From assembly GCA_030141605.1 (NCBI GenBank), contig JAQGDQ010000318.1:186001-250000 (forward strand): a stretch of DNA of 64,000 bases. The letters are read 5' to 3'. The notes below the pieces were generated by a model. It ran no database searches and was not told where the DNA came from. It worked only from the letters and a program-made list of their open reading frames with translations. Of this stretch, positions 62,701 to 64,000 are shown piece by piece; within the stretch, counting starts at the first letter, position 1, and each line of letters opens with the position of its first letter. The stretch is from Tubiluchus corallicola. Lineage: Eukaryota; Animalia; Priapulida. The position numbers and the translations under genes were made by a program.

Positions 62701-64000
62701 TAACATTACTAATTCTTTGCACTGTGTAATTACCTACATTAGATTCAGACTACGTTTTCTGTAATCGAGATAATGCTATAAATGATTTTGCAAATCTAGT
62801 ATGAATTCTTATTGTCATTTGCCTGTATATAAATAGTCTGTTGACGATGAAATTTTGCAACTCTCGTCACGTTTTCTATATGCTGTTTTGTTTTTATTTA
62901 TGATTCTGCGTAATTGCATTAGTAATTATTTATTATAATTGTATTGGCTGTTTTTCATTGTGATGCGTGTAGATTTTGTTACTATGCATTAAATACGTAC
63001 GTTATCTTTTATTATGTATGTATGTAGTGATGAATTATAATCTGCAACTATGTCTATTGTATATGATCATTGTTGTTCGTTGTGTCTCATGTGTTATATT
63101 CTAAATTATATATATGAGAATATGTTTAATACTCTGTAAATGCTTTTAGAAATTTTAAACATATCCCTACAAATAGAGGAAATGTATTTTGTACATAGTT
63201 TTAAAAATAAGGAATAATAATAATAAAAAAAAAAAAAAATAATAATAATAATAATGATGATAATAATAATAATAATATGGTTTTCAGCAGTAATAATAAT
63301 ATTATTATTATTAATAATAATAATAATACCAACATGGCAGTTTAACAAGCTCATTACAAAATGTAATATTTATAATTTTATCGTAAAAAACAAAAATATT
63401 CCATGGTAACTCACTATACAGACTGCCAAACTTTGCGTCACTTAAATGTCACTTTTTGTCCACACTGTCAGCATTTGAATGACAGTGGTTTGTGTTTTTA
63501 GCAATAACAACATAGCAGTTTAACAAACTTAAAATTACAAAGCAAAATAATTATAATACTATCGCTAACTGAAGACGACTCCCACAGAATTCACCTGATA
63601 GTTCCTACAAAATAATAAATTCAATTTTAATAACTTTATTATACGGGTGAGAAATTAACTCCTAATTAACCACAATAGCTTTAACATCAATTAGGCAATA
63701 ATTAACATAATTAATTTATGCAACTCGTTGCGTCTAGCATTTAAACTATACTTTCTTGACTAGAGTCAGTTGATATGCGCCTCAGCTTTAGCTTAAAGAA
63801 AAATTATGTACACGTTCACGTTCACATACATAGTACGGTAATACAAAATCCGCACAGTAGTTAGAAGGGTGAGATCAAATGCAAATGCAGAAAAATGTAT
63901 TCTCAATAAAACGCTCTCATCCTCATGTAAGGCAGGGACGTCAAATGTACGTGTCTAACTTCACATCTCCTGGAATTGAACAAACACGTGTTGAGCCGTG

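Overview
AT-rich, repeat-dense genomic DNA from an invertebrate animal; the 5S rRNA sequence resembles lophotrochozoan 5S from memory, but the taxon is not certain. Nearly all ORFs in the supplied track are microsatellite, minisatellite or TE artefacts. Real content: (1) a 7-exon minus-strand espin/forked-like gene (57890->35388) whose splice phases all join into a 369-aa protein made of ankyrin repeats plus a short Tyr-motif tail (YDSL, YYNV, YEEI), with no WH2 or actin-bundling module visible; (2) one intact, solitary 5S rRNA gene; (3) two phase-compatible exons of an unidentified second minus-strand ORF (19031-18764, 9904-9851) and some weak plus-strand exon candidates; (4) about 17 copies of four TTAA-flanked, AGGA..TCCT-ended Kolobok-type MITE families (about 12% of the window), hAT-type MITEs, five or six 5'-truncated LINEs, Helentron-like elements and a TSD-flanked bipartite RTE non-autonomous element with a 110-bp derivative; (5) more than 15 minisatellites, including a co-oriented CTCF-like motif array and a 46-bp satellite with a 92-bp higher-order dimer. 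Coordinates were read by eye; repeat edges are approximate (+/-20 bp). No databases were searched.
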